A stretch of DNA of 64,000 nt. It comes from Eledone cirrhosa. Lineage: Eukaryota. Shown in pieces: positions 29,309 to 41,810 of this stretch (the first letter of the stretch is position 1; each line of letters starts with the position of its first letter). The translations under genes and the position numbers were made by a program. The stretch is from assembly GCA_964016885.1 (NCBI GenBank), contig OZ024740.1:378944001-379008000 (forward strand), written 5' to 3'. Below the pieces are notes generated by a model. That model was not told the DNA's origin. It saw nothing but the letters and a program-made list of their open reading frames with translations, and ran no database searches.

Positions 29309-29416
29309 AATATATATAGGAAAAGAGTCAGGACACCGACGGCTGAGCTCCGGCCGTTTCAACAGGTAGATCCGAACTGTTATGGTCCACCTGGTTTCTT
29401 ACCACACTTTCTTTGT
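28909..29416. mobile_element. Nested fold-back cluster of PLE-terminus-like family HH-E
   Basis: Arms 28929-29027 (+) and 29074-29172 (-) flank a TA spacer. A perfect palindrome spans ~29153-29267, and a related subfamily arm lies at 29318-29378. The same family occurs at 40700-40848 and 41352-41535. Confidence 0.75.
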
Positions 29417-29449
29417 AATATATATAAATATATATATATATATATAGAT

Positions 29450-32400
29450 AATTTTCTTTTTATTTGCCACCAGAGCAGTAAAAAGTGGGACAAGTACAAT
29501 GGGGGGAGTTTACATAACAAGGCGTCCTCAATAAGGAGGAGGCAATAACAAAATATAAAAATAAAATAAAATATAACAAAATAAATTTTATAACAAAATC
29601 CTCAATAGGGAGGAGGCGCTTTGGGGGGTCGCATACACCTCCGAAAAAAAGTGTGCAACCCTTCTCCTCAGGAGCACAGAGAGGGGGTGCTCCCTTGATC
29701 TTTCATCTTCCTCACCTATAGTCTGATGTAGAGTGAAGGCCCATTCACACGGGCCATTCTCGCCACTTTCACCCATCTTTCATAAAAACGGCTGGGGTGC
29801 AGCACCTCTCTCTCCATCCTGATCCTTCTTCCGAAATGATATCGGAAGAAACGGACCAGTTGTTGGCCAGAGAGAAAGGTGTCTGACCTCAGTCCTTTCA
29901 GACGCGTCCACCATACAACCTCTTTCGCCATGGCTATTACGCACAGAAACACCGCCTCTCCTTCGTTTTTGAAGAGGGGAGGCGGCTTGATCGTTACAAT
30001 AGACTCGGTGGTCAACCGGATCGGTCCCACCCTTGACAGCAGTTGTTCGACATAGCCCCACAGATCGGCAATGCCCGAGCAGTGTACCAATGCGTGTGCA
30101 ACGGTTTCCTCGTCGCACACGCATCTGGGACAGATCTTTTTTGAGGGGTCCCTACCCGGGCGTCCGTGTCTGTAGAGCCTTTCTCGAACGGGAAGAGCCC
30201 CTCGTAGCACTGCCAGTCCAGGGACCTCTGGAAGTTATCCATGGGTCCCGGGCTGAATGTCCTACTGAACAGGTTGGCCGGTTCGTCTTCCTCCATGCCT
30301 AGGGCTTCTCCGAGGGCGTCGTTGCACCTGCTAACCACCAGCCCTCTATAGAATGACGAGGTGGATTCTCCACTGACAGCCGGGTCCGCCTGCCAGAGAG
30401 CCGTGAGAGCCTGGGCACACTCGGTGTGCCAGGCGCCCAGTTTTCTCGGTCTTTGCTTGACCCAGGATTGCAGCTCGGTGAGGGAGACGAGTCTAGGAAA
30501 GGCTCGCCTCACAAACGGGGCCCACACCGGTTGACTGGTGAGGAATACCTGGAGGTGCCGTAGCCTTAATGCGTGTTTACGTATCACTAGCCACGGCATC
30601 CCCAGCCCTCCTTTCGAAGGGTGTTGACAGCAGATGGATCTCCTCCCCATAGGAGCCCGCTTCTTCCAAAGGAATTGATGAGCGTTTCCCTTGGGCAAGG
30701 CACAACGGTCAGGCGGTAGTAGATGACGGACGCTATATAAGTGTTCGCCACCTCCACCCGACCTTTCAGGGACAGTTTGCACTCGGCCCACTTCTGGGTC
30801 AGTGCAAACACCCTGTTCGTTACCTCACCCCAGTTCTTCTCCTCATGGAGGTCTGGTCCGAACAAGACCCCGAGCAACTTCATCGGGCCCTCCGTCCAGC
30901 GCCCGACGACGCCATCGGAGGGCATCGATCTGCCCCTCCACGTGCCGAGTTGCAGACCGATCGACTTGTCCCGGTTCAGCTTAGCCCCTGTAAACCTTTC
31001 GTACTCCTCCAGTAAGGTGCCGATCGCCCCGATTTCAGAGTCCATCGACACCATTACTGTTACGTCGTCGGCGTAGGCCGACACCGCTTTCCGCAATCCC
31101 GGTTCCAATGGGATGACCTGCAACAACTCCAACTTCCGCAGCAGTGGCTCTAGAGTCATTACATACAGAAGGGAAGAGAGAGGGAACCCTTGTCGGATGG
31201 ACCGCGCGATTTCGAACGGCTCCGAGAGGTAGCCGTTCACCTTGACCCTAGAGCAGATGCGGCTGTTGTGCATGGCATTGATCCAGCCCCTGAAAACGGG
31301 TCCGAATCCTACCACCACTAGCACCGGATCCAGCTAATCATGGTCGACCCTACCGAACACCTTAGATTGATCCAAGTTGATCAGGGCCCCACCAAAGCCG
31401 GGTTCGTTCCCAACCCTCTCTATGATGTATCGCATGAGGTGGAGGTTGTCGTGGATGGACCTGGACGGGATAGCACATGTCTGCGCATCTCCCACCAGGT
31501 TGCCCACGACAAGCGCCAACCTCTTTGCTAGCACCTTGGCCAAAATCTGTAACTCTGTATTTAGCAGAGTTATGGGCCTGAAATTATTTATATCGTACCC
31601 CTTGTTCTCGTCCTTCCTCAGTAGCGTGACTACGCCCTTGGTCACAGCACAGAGAATTCTCCCGTTCTGTTGCCAGTTGCAGTAGACCGCCTCGAGGAGA
31701 TCGGGGAACAAGTCCGGCATAGCTAGATATAGTTCGTATGGAAGACCATCGAGACCAGGGGATTTGCGTTTGCCGTATTGGCTCAGCACGTCCTCTATCC
31801 CAGCGGCTGAAATCGGCCCCTCGCAGGACTTCGCCTCCCTGTCCGAGAGACGCGGCAGGCCGTCGAGGTATGGACCGAAGTCCACTTCCCCAACCGGCTC
31901 CCCGCCCCTTCCGAACAATCTGGCAAAGTGCCTTTGAAAAGCCTCGCACATCTGCTTAGGCTCAAGGATCACCCGTCCATCCTGGTCTCGCAAAGACCGG
32001 ATAGTGGATCTACTCCCTCTTTTGGCTTCTGTCACGCGGGCCCAGCTAACAGCTTTGGTCCCCTCGTTTCCCAGAGCACGTATTTTGCTTCGGACGATGC
32101 AGCCTTCGTGTTTCGCGTCGAAAAACTGGCCCAGGGCCGTTCTCGACGCTAGCACTCTGTCCACGTCACCGCTTCTAATTGCCTCTTCTACACTATCTAC
32201 CAACTCCCTTTCCTTCCTATTTCTATTTGAGGCTAACTCCTTACTAAATTCTATAGAGACTACTCTAATCTCTCTTTTGAGAGATCCCCACCACCTGCTG
32301 TTGACGATGGCGCCCGTCAACCGCTCCTTAACTAAAGTGCTAATCCGGTCCCTGTAAGCCTTACTTGCCGGTAAGGACAAGTTGAGCTTCCAGTAACCGG

Positions 32401-33380
32401 CTCCCTGTCTATGCGTTCTGTCGAGGTTGACCATGCAGATCACTAACTTATGGTCTGAATAGCCAACCATGCGCATTTTTGGACAACTTAAAAAGTCCTT
32501 ATCCTTATTTCTAACTAAGAACCTATCTAGGTACGACCTAGATGATCCGCTGCGATTTGCCCAAGTCCAGGTTGGCGCAGTCGGAAAATCTAGTCGATAT
32601 CTATCGGCCAGGTCAAATCGACCGATTAATCCTTTGCGGCTATTACACCCCTCTCTATCGGAACAGGCCCCTACGTAGTCCCAGCGTGCATCTAGGATAC
32701 CATTCCAGTCCCCCACTAATAGCAAGGAGCGGGTCGTCCATAGAAAAGTCTCCAGACGATGGAAGAAGTCCGGCCGCATTGACCCGAAAGGGCCGTAGAC
32801 GGCTACCAACCTAAACGCTCCGTCTTCACCACTGCCAAGGTCCAGAACCACTAGTCGACCCTCCGAGTCCAAATGTACCGTCTGTGTTGCGAGACCCAGA
32901 TGTTTTTGCAGCAGAACGACAACCCCACCCCCGCCTCTGGGTTGACAGAGAGATGCGTGCATCTCAAAGTCATAAAGGTGGGGGCCAGCTGTCGCACGTT
33001 GCTGATCCGGGCCTCGCAAATAACCATCACATCTATACGTTGTGACCTGAGGTCATTTAGCAGCATTGCTTGCTTCCAAGTTGAGCCCAGGCCACGCGCA
33101 TTTAGACAGCCTACTCTTAGCATAGCCATGTTGGTGGTGAAGAGAAAAGGCACTTACCTCTCTGCGTCCCGGGTATCGGGCTGAACAATTTCCATTAGGG
33201 TGGGGGATGGGTTGTTGGGTGGGGTGGTGGTTTGTGGAAGTGTAGGGGCATCAGTGTGTTGCGAGGTTGGGGTGTTTGGAGTTGTGTGGGTGTTTGGGAA
33301 GGGGGTGGCGTATTTTTTTTAATGAGAACGCGGTTAATGGGCCCGACGCAAGGGGGGGCCCATCTCCTCTTTAAAGTTGT
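29450..33380 (-). mobile_element. Tx1/L1-clade non-LTR retrotransposon, 5'-truncated within ORF1
   Basis: 3' UTR ends in AATAAA and then a TA-rich microsatellite. A Pro/Thr-rich ORF1 tail ends at ~33154, followed by ORF2. Confidence 0.92.
29716..33129 (-). pseudogene. LINE ORF2 (APE endonuclease + RT + C-terminal zinc knuckle), frameshifted
   Basis: Motifs GCLNARGL, GDWN, SYLDRF, YSDH, KSPGLDGLP, FRPITLLN, LDQSKVFGRVDH, RQGFPLS, AYADD and CPRC..ETVAHALVHC are spread over 5 ORFs. Confidence 0.93.
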
Positions 33381-34149
33381 TTATATATATATATATATAG
33401 ATAGAGAGAGAGAGAGAGAGCAACCATTAAATTGATTTGTTGATTTGTATTTAAACAATCAATTCAATCGAAATACTACTTTAAAAAGTCGTGATTAAAA
33501 GCTTTTTTTTTTCAATTACCTCTTCCCCAGTTTATTTTCAGAATACACACATGATCAGTCTTGTTATTTTCTGTTCAGATCTAGGATTTAACGACAACCT
33601 GCGTTTCGTAAAACGCATAATACTTATCAATATGTTCACTGTAAGTTTTTATGTAGCTGATTCGATGCTTTCGATTAACACTCGCAACATTCTTGAATTG
33701 ATTTGCACAGCTAATGTATATGGGGAAGATATGAATGTTGTAACATGTTTGATGTTACTTATGATTATTGTAAACATATTGCGTTAAAATCTTTCCATGC
33801 GCTAACCTGCTTTGATTCTTGCTCGAAGTAGTTTGGTTTCTTTAATATTGATAATACTCCATGGAAATCGTGAATGCTGGAAATGTTTATCTCCTCTTCA
33901 TGAATGAAGTAAGAGATTAATATATGTAATAAAATATCATGCTGTTTTCTTCCAAAAAGATTTTAGAAATGTCGCATATGTCTTGAATTCAAAGACGTGT
34001 TTATTTTACATTTTGTTAGACAACACATTTTTCGGAGCTCATATCCTGCTAGAATGAATTAATCAATTGACAGCGAAAGCAGAAAACATGCTAGAAATAA
34101 AGCAGCTAAATCTCCATAAGTTATACTCTACTGTATTATAATGATTCCT

Positions 34150-34360
34150 AGTATAGGCAGAAGGCCAGCAATTTTGGGGGGAGGGAAAAGTCGATGAAAT
34201 TGACCCCAATGCGTGACTGGTACTTTATTTTATCGACCCCGTAAGGATGTAAGGCAAAGTTAACCTCGGCGGGATTTGAACTCGGATCATAAAGGGCCGT
34301 AACTCTATGCGGTAAAGCATGGTGTCCGACTCTCTACCGATACTGCCATTCCACCACCCT
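34150..34360 (-). mobile_element. tRNA-derived SINE S1, full length
   Basis: Contains ACTGGTACTTTATTTTATCGACCCCGTAAGGATG..GGCGGGATTTGAACTC (reverse-complement B box) and a tRNA-like head. Confidence 0.85.
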
Positions 34361-35107
34361 ACTCTACTGTATTATAATAAAAGTAAGAAGACATTGAATA
34401 ATGAAGTTTTGTGTACAAACAAGACGAGATGGCTACGACTGGAATGCTCTTGGCCATTTGCCTGTTCAATTAGTGTTGACCTGGAGTTAAAATAATAACA
34501 CAAGACTTTATACACGATGAAACATTTGAAGTCAATTCATTCATCATACTACTTAAAGCGAAAACAATATATTTTGCCGATATACTGTAATTAGGTTCTT
34601 TCGCAAGAATAATTATCAAGAGATATTTTCCATCAAGAAAGAATATTCATTCTTGAAAGAAACTATTTTTATGTAGTCAATATTTGATGTAGTAATTAAT
34701 TCCTTTCCTATTCTGTGATAACAGATGAAAATGTCTCCTTTTTGGTAATAGACGAAAATATCTATTGTTTTTGATTTAAATAAAGATTAATTATTTAAAT
34801 ATATTTCGAATGTATCTAATTTCACATATCGAAATAATTATTCAGCTTTAATAGCTTTGATTCATGAATAATGCTTTTTGACATTACACCCTTATTGCTG
34901 AAAATATCCTTTCACGGGATTAAAATATTTTCTCGCTACTTAACTGGGAATAATATTTGATTTGATTTATATTCTACATATTCTCTTTATAAGTTGTTTC
35001 AAAGTTGTAGCTGATAATGTTTAAAGGATGTTAAAGGGTTCTTGGGCCATACTTCTCAATGACTGCAGTCTCTTAAAAATCGTTGCCATAAGTTGGTACA
35101 CTATATA

Positions 35108-35231
<124 letters not shown>

Positions 35232-35329
35232 GGATGGTAGCTACGACAGTCGGTATCTATGTGGTTGTGTCTGTGTGTATGTGTGTGTGAGTGCGCGCAT
35301 GGATGTGTGGACTACCAAACACAGCAGTA

Positions 35330-35637
35330 ATTAATTGAAGCGTAGCAGACATACGACAGCGAAATAATACCTGTGGTCAGTATTTATGATGACGTAGGCA
35401 ACCAGCGGCCAATCACTGGACGCGCGAAGAGGATGAAGTTTTTGACAGTATTGGCCCACAGGGTCAGATACCCCAGTGGAAAAATATGCTCCGAAATCAT
35501 TAGACGTGTCCGTCGAACCTGCGGGTCCAGAATCAAACAGATCCACACACTGATCGCGTCTCGAGCTGTCCGCCGGCGAAACAATTGTAACACACAATAA
35601 ATTGTGTTCAGATGCATCACTGATTTTTCGTTTTATA
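35330..35637 (+). mobile_element. Short repeat family HH-F (longer copy)
   Basis: The 3' 120 bp match 28688-28806. It ends GCCGGC-GAAACAATTGTA-ACACAC-AATAAA. The 5' boundary is uncertain. Confidence 0.55.
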
Positions 35638-35642
35638 TTATA

Positions 35643-36620
35643 CTAGCAGTAAAGCCCGGCGTTGCTCGGGGTCGCTCAGTAGCTGTGTTAAAGTTACAAT
35701 ATTAAGTTTCTTTCTTGGCTTAAAAACTGTAGTGTCTACTGTGCAGACTTGCATGTGGTGTTTTTGATTAATATTCCCTCAACCAACAATATGCCTTATG
35801 AAGTTAAGAAAACATAACGATAACCCGAATGTTATAACAAAATAGGATGCTGGGGATAGAAACTGCACTGGTTATTTATTAACAAAGATCGAAAATGTAA
35901 ACACTGCAACGCAGAGAAAAACATTAGCGTAACCAAATTATCAGTTATGTCTGTCTGCACGCCTATATCACCTCTCTGCACGACTGTCTGTCTGCACGCC
36001 TATATCACCTCTCTGCACGACTGTCTGTCTGCACGCCTATATCACCTCTCTGCACGACTGTCTGTCTGCACGCCTATATCACCTCTCTGCACGACTGTCT
36101 GTCTGCACGCCTATGTCACCCCTCTGCACGACCGTCTGTCTGCACGACCGTCTGTCTGCACGCCTAACGAAATTTACAGATACATATATTTTAAATAAAC
36201 TTATATAATTTTTGCTTTTTTTTACGAAATATTTGCTTGTTTTACGTAGTCTTTAAATAGACTTGTTTTCAAGTAAAAATATTGTTTTAAAATGCTTTTA
36301 AATGGAAATGAAGCAAAAGTTCGTGTATTGTGTTAATGTCATTTTAAACGCTGAGAAAGCCAGCGTAATTTTTTACGTAAGACGCTCAATGTAAACAGAA
36401 CAAAGGGAAATAACTGATCACTTACGCTCAAAAATCGATACATTATATTCGATTTCGTCACATAGGGTGGGTCAATTTGAAATTTTTTTTTTCCGATGTC
36501 TTCGCTAGGGCTCAATGTAGAAGTATAGCAATTTCGGTGCAATTCCGTGAGAGATTCTAAGAGGAGATGTGTGCCAAAAATCGATAGACAGACAGACAAC
36601 CACAGTTTTATATATATAGA
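35643..36620 (-). mobile_element. Non-autonomous Helitron
   Basis: The minus strand begins A|TCTATATATATAAAA..GTCTGTCTGTC. It ends with the GC-rich hairpin CCCGAGCAACGCCGGG, an 8-nt spacer and CTAG|T. This is the Helitron 5'-TC / CTAG-3' signature in an AT target, with no TSD. Confidence 0.85.
35948..36165. repeat. 37-bp minisatellite (~5.5 units) inside the Helitron
   Basis: Unit CTGTCTGTCTGCACGCCTATATCACCTCTCTGCACGA. Confidence 0.95.
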
Positions 36621-36705
36621 TTATATATATATATACATAGTAATAATAATAAATGTGAAGACTAAAATCCGAAGAGGGCTTTGCTTAAATTTTAATCTTT
36701 TATTG

Positions 36706-36745
<40 letters not shown>

Positions 36746-36869
36746 TGAGTGGCACTGCTTCTAGTGTTCAGCAATTTTTAGACAACTTTATCAGAGAAAC
36801 GATTGTTAGACTGTAAATAAATCCCCCTTTTTTTGTACTGTTGACTATGTTATTCTCCACTTTTTCAAT

Positions 36870-37095
<226 letters not shown>

Positions 37096-37861
37096 ACCAA
37101 GAAAGAATTGCATCATTTACGATTGATTTTTGCTTCCATTTTCTGAGTATAATGCGAAAATGTATGTCACTTGCCAATTGACAAGAGAAAATTACTGGAC
37201 CGAGTTATTGTTGACAGTTCTTAAATTGATAACGCCACAACATTTTCCACTTACTTCACTGCTGTGGTCGTTTCCAATTAATTTTGCTTTGAAATATATA
37301 AATAATTAACGTTAGATTGATCTTGAATATGGAAAATCAAATTATTTTGTTCGTTTCTTCCTAAATATATGAGCTTAATTCCATAAGCCATGTGGTAAAA
37401 TGTTTTTTTGCAATCAGGCATTCCAAAATCGACCCCACTTCACGACAACCACGAAAATACCTTCTATCATAACCTGGTAATATCAAGCCTCGTGTGGATA
37501 GACGAAAACTATGCGGATATTTGTCAGATGAACTGTATTTGTTACTGGGTTTAAAACTTAAGTCTTTATTCGATTTAACACTTCTATCTGATACTTGGAT
37601 ACCTTTAGTGGAGTCTGCTTTCTAACACTAATCTTGCGTGTTTTGAAAAATTCATGGGAGCTGTCCTCCCTCTAACGACTACGCCATGAAAATATAGAAA
37701 GCTGATTTTTAAGATAGTTAGCAATCTACCACAAAATATGCAGTGGTATACGACAAAGTCTATTAGTATTCCCTCCAAAATGCAATACTTTACAGGATTT
37801 TTCTTATCAATTAGAATGGTTAACTATATACTATATATATATATATAACTATATAATAGAT

Positions 37862-38350
37862 AAGTCTTTCTAACATTGACACAAGATCAGCACTTTGAGG
37901 GAGGACAAATTGATTTATCGACCTCAGTACTAAACTGGTACATTATTCTATCGATCCCGGAAGGATGGAAAGCAGAGCTGAACTCGGAATGATTTGAACT
38001 CAAACTATATGTAAATTAATTGTTTCTACGTTTGGCTCAAGGCCAGTAATTTAAAGAAAAGGAGAAATCGATGAAATCGGCCCCAGTGCATTAAGCCGTA
38101 CTTTATTGTACCGACACCGGAAGGATAAAAAGCAGATTTGAACTCAGACTATATTTTATATAATTGTTTCTACTTTAGACACAAGGCCAGCAATTACCCA
38201 GTGGATTACTGGTACTTTATTTTATCGACCCCGTAAGGATGAAAGGCAAAGTCAACCTCGGCGGGATTTGAACTCAGATCGCAAAGGGACGTAACTATGC
38301 TGGAAAGCATGGCGTCCGACCCTCTACCGATACTGCCAATCCACCGCCCT
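37862..38350 (-). mobile_element. Three tandem SINE S1 copies (two truncated or diverged, one full length)
   Basis: Repeated blocks TTTCTA..CACAAGGCCAG..GGTACTTTAT..GGATGAAAG..GATTTGAACTC at ~37865, ~38020 and ~38162. Confidence 0.8.
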
Positions 38351-39611
38351 TACTATATTTTATATAATGAACTATATTTTATATAATGAAATCAAATATG
38401 AGAATTCGAAGAATATGACGCAACGAAAATGAATATCGAAAGTTTGAAGAACAAGGAAGCTTCTATGCGGTCGCTTGATCGCAGCGAGATGTCTTTCATA
38501 TCACTCGTCATAAACATTGAACACATACATAAGGTAATACTGTTCGAGACACTTTTAAAGCGTCATGGCTGAACTGGGACTAAAAAACAATTTTAATTAT
38601 CAACAAGAACTACAAGGTTGTTTGATTTGCTAGAAATATAAAGCAAATTTCCCTTAAATCACCCTTTATCTGCGGCTGAGATAAAACAATAAAGTTGGAT
38701 AATGTAGTTTCTAGTATTAACGAAACTATGTATTGGTCGTGATTGATACGTCTTTAATCATAGATCTGCTTATAAGGATGGACTGGGGCTATACAAAAAC
38801 AACTATCTTTTGACATCAAAGTAGATGAAACCAAGAAAATATATTCTAAAAATATAGTAACTGTTTAGAAACGTCTTTCTCTTAGGCTGTTTTACATTGC
38901 CTTGCCTAGATGTGGAAGGATGAGAAGTATTATATATTTTGGGATATGTATTTCGATTTTAATACTAAAAAAGAAGAGAAAATAGCTCTTTATGCCTATA
39001 GAAATAGATTCTATAATTTATTTTCTTCCCTTAGTTTTTCGATTGATTTTTTCCCCAATTTGTTTGTTTCTTAACAAGTATATTTTTTCTTTGATTCCTG
39101 TTGCTCAAAAATGAATATAATATTGTGATTAGTTACTTACGCCACTGTAAGAATTTGGTGTATGCAGAGCCAGCTAATTAACCAGCTTTAGCGTATTTTG
39201 CTCGAAACAAATCGATACTAAAATGGGATCTCATCAACGCTAGCAAACGAGACATATAGTTATACGTTTCATCCCTTGTTTATAACAAACAGGAAGCTAA
39301 ATTCACGCATGATATCTATTTACAGCTAAGTCAATGTAGCCATCGACGATTTAAGAATCTTCAGTCTGCAAGTCTACATCATCCCGTCTCGGCTTCAGGT
39401 ATGAGGGTTATCAGGGAAAAAGGCGAAGTATTTGCTAATATCAATTACTTATTTGCTAGCATTCAAAGTTCTTAATTTCGAATATGCACAAAAATACAAT
39501 AACATATGAGTAGTGATATAAAAGAATTCAATCTAACACGACTTACATGTGGGATTATAAAAGTTGTATGAAAATTGTTGATCTCCCGTGTGAATTAGAT
39601 TCATTATTAAT

Positions 39612-40000
39612 CAGGTGGATTGGCAGTATCGGTAGAGGGTCGGACGCCATGCTTTCCAGCATAGTTACGTCCCTTTACGATCTGAGTTCAAATCCCGCCG
39701 AGGTTGACTTTGCCTTTCATCCTTACGGGGTCGATAAAATAAAGTACCAGTAATGCACTAGATAATTGCTGGCCTTGTGCCTAAAGTAGAAACAATTATT
39801 AATCAGGTGGATTGGCAGTACCGGTAAAGGATAAGATGCCATGCGTTGCAGCATAGAGTTACGCCCCTTTACAGTCTGAGTTCAAATTCCGCCGAGGTAA
39901 ACTTTGCATTTCATCCTTACAGGGTCGATAAAATAAAGCACCAGTATTGCACTGGGATAATTGCTGGCCTTGTGCAAAAAAAAACAAAAACAATTATTAA
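39612..40000 (+). mobile_element. Two head-to-tail full-length SINE S1 copies
   Basis: AGGTGGATTGGCAGTA head, B-box GAGTTCAAAT, core TTTCATCCTTAC.GGGTCGATAAAATAAAG and tail AAACAATTATT, each present twice. Confidence 0.88.
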
Positions 40001-40102
40001 TCAGTTATTCTACATTGAAAAATCTGGAATAATTTTGAGGTGGATTGCATGTTAGGACCTGTTGCTTTGTATTATTTTAAAGATTGAAAGAAACGTTACA
40101 CT

Positions 40103-40159
<57 letters not shown>

Positions 40160-40619
40160 ATACTTGGGGAGAGTCATATTTGTGTAATATTGCCAGAAGT
40201 ATAACAATATTTGTTTCGACACACGATTTCATATAAAAAACCTCGCAAAACTAATTTATCGCCGTAATAATAAATCAAAGACCAAAATCCGAAAAGGAGT
40301 TGGATAAGCATGTAACATGTATTGCGCTACCTTGCAGGGCAAGTGTACCATATAATTAGACTTCTTCAGCCACTTTCAGGCGAAGAACCAAACTATGTAC
40401 AGTTGTATTTCACAGTAATATGAAAACCGAAGCACAGACAAGTTATGAAAGGAAAAAAGAAACAAAGTATGAAATCATATTGCAACTACAATATATGTTA
40501 CATACATGAAACAACTATATCAGTAGTTCCAGATGTCCCACAGAAAAATATTTGAATGAAATTTCGTTATTTTCTTTCATCCAGGCAACACCGGGTACTT
40601 CTGCTCGAACACACACAAG

Positions 40620-40701
<82 letters not shown>

Positions 40702-40935
40702 ACGAAGGAATTGTGGTAAGGAACCAGATGGACCATCACGCACCAAAGTACTCAATACTTAGGGTAGAAGAGTGGGTAATAGGTAATAGTCCAGAAATAG
40801 CCGTCGAAACGGCTTGAGCTCTGCCGTCGGGGTCATACCTGTTCCTACATATATATATATATAAAGAAAAAAAGATGAAATCGAAAATGCAACTGGAGTC
40901 TTATTTTTAAAAATATATATATATTTATTTGGTTC

Positions 40936-40971
40936 CTTTACCGGTTTCGCAGTTCTTCTGCTTTTCAAAAG
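40936..40971 (-). ncRNA. Minimal type I hammerhead, U3:A8 variant (HH-A)
   Basis: Reverse complement reads CTT-TTGAAAA-GCAG AAGAA CTGC-GAAA-CCGG-TA^AAG. Confidence 0.62.
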
Positions 40972-41032
40972 TAGAGTTGAGATGGAGGGCCTCACATGTG
41001 AGAAAAACCACAGACCCTCCATCTCAACTCTA

Positions 41033-41068
41033 CTTTTGAAAAGCAGAAGAACTGCGAAACCGGTAAAG
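41033..41068 (+). ncRNA. Minimal type I hammerhead, U3:A8 variant (HH-A)
   Basis: CTT-TTGAAAA-GCAG AAGAA CTGC-GAAA-CCGG-TA^AAG. Predicted cleavage after 41065; AATAAA at 41075-41080. Confidence 0.62.
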
Positions 41069-41199
41069 GAACCAAATAAATATATATATATTTTTAAAAA
41101 TAAGACTCCAGTTGCATTTTCGATTTCATCTTTTTTTCTTTATACTTTCACTCGTGTAGGACACCTCGGTTATTTTTCATTTTGTATAAAAAACCTCAC

Positions 41200-41323
<124 letters not shown>

Positions 41324-41561
41324 AGATATATATATATGTATAGATATATATAGGAAAAGAGTCAAGACCCCTCCGGCTGTTTCGACAGCTAGATCAAAGT
41401 TCGGATCTAGCTGTCGAAACGGCCGGAGCTCAGCCGTCGAGGTCCTGACTCTTTTCCTATTATCCACTTTACTACCCAAATATCGAGTACTCTGGTGCGT
41501 TATGGTCCACCTGGTTTCTTACCACACTTTCTTCTATATATATATATGTGGGTGTGGGGGT

Positions 41562-41592
<31 letters not shown>

Positions 41593-41810
41593 AGCGAGAA
41601 TGTCTGTTTGTATACGTCTATACATTTTTATATGACCATGAACAAGTTAGCATAAATCGTATGGTTGTGTATATACCTGTTCGCTGCAATCAGCTAAGCT
41701 GCTTTTAGGTGAAATTTAGATGAAGGATGCTAAATTTCGCTTCTCCATGTAGCAACGTGTAGAATCTGTTTTGTTGGCGACAGGGTGTGTCGAAGGAGAT
41801 GGTCTACAAA

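Noticed and set aside
33150-33162. Splice donor AG|GTAAGT upstream of LINE ORF2
   Set aside because: It coincides with the TAA stop of the ORF1 remnant, and there is no evidence of use.
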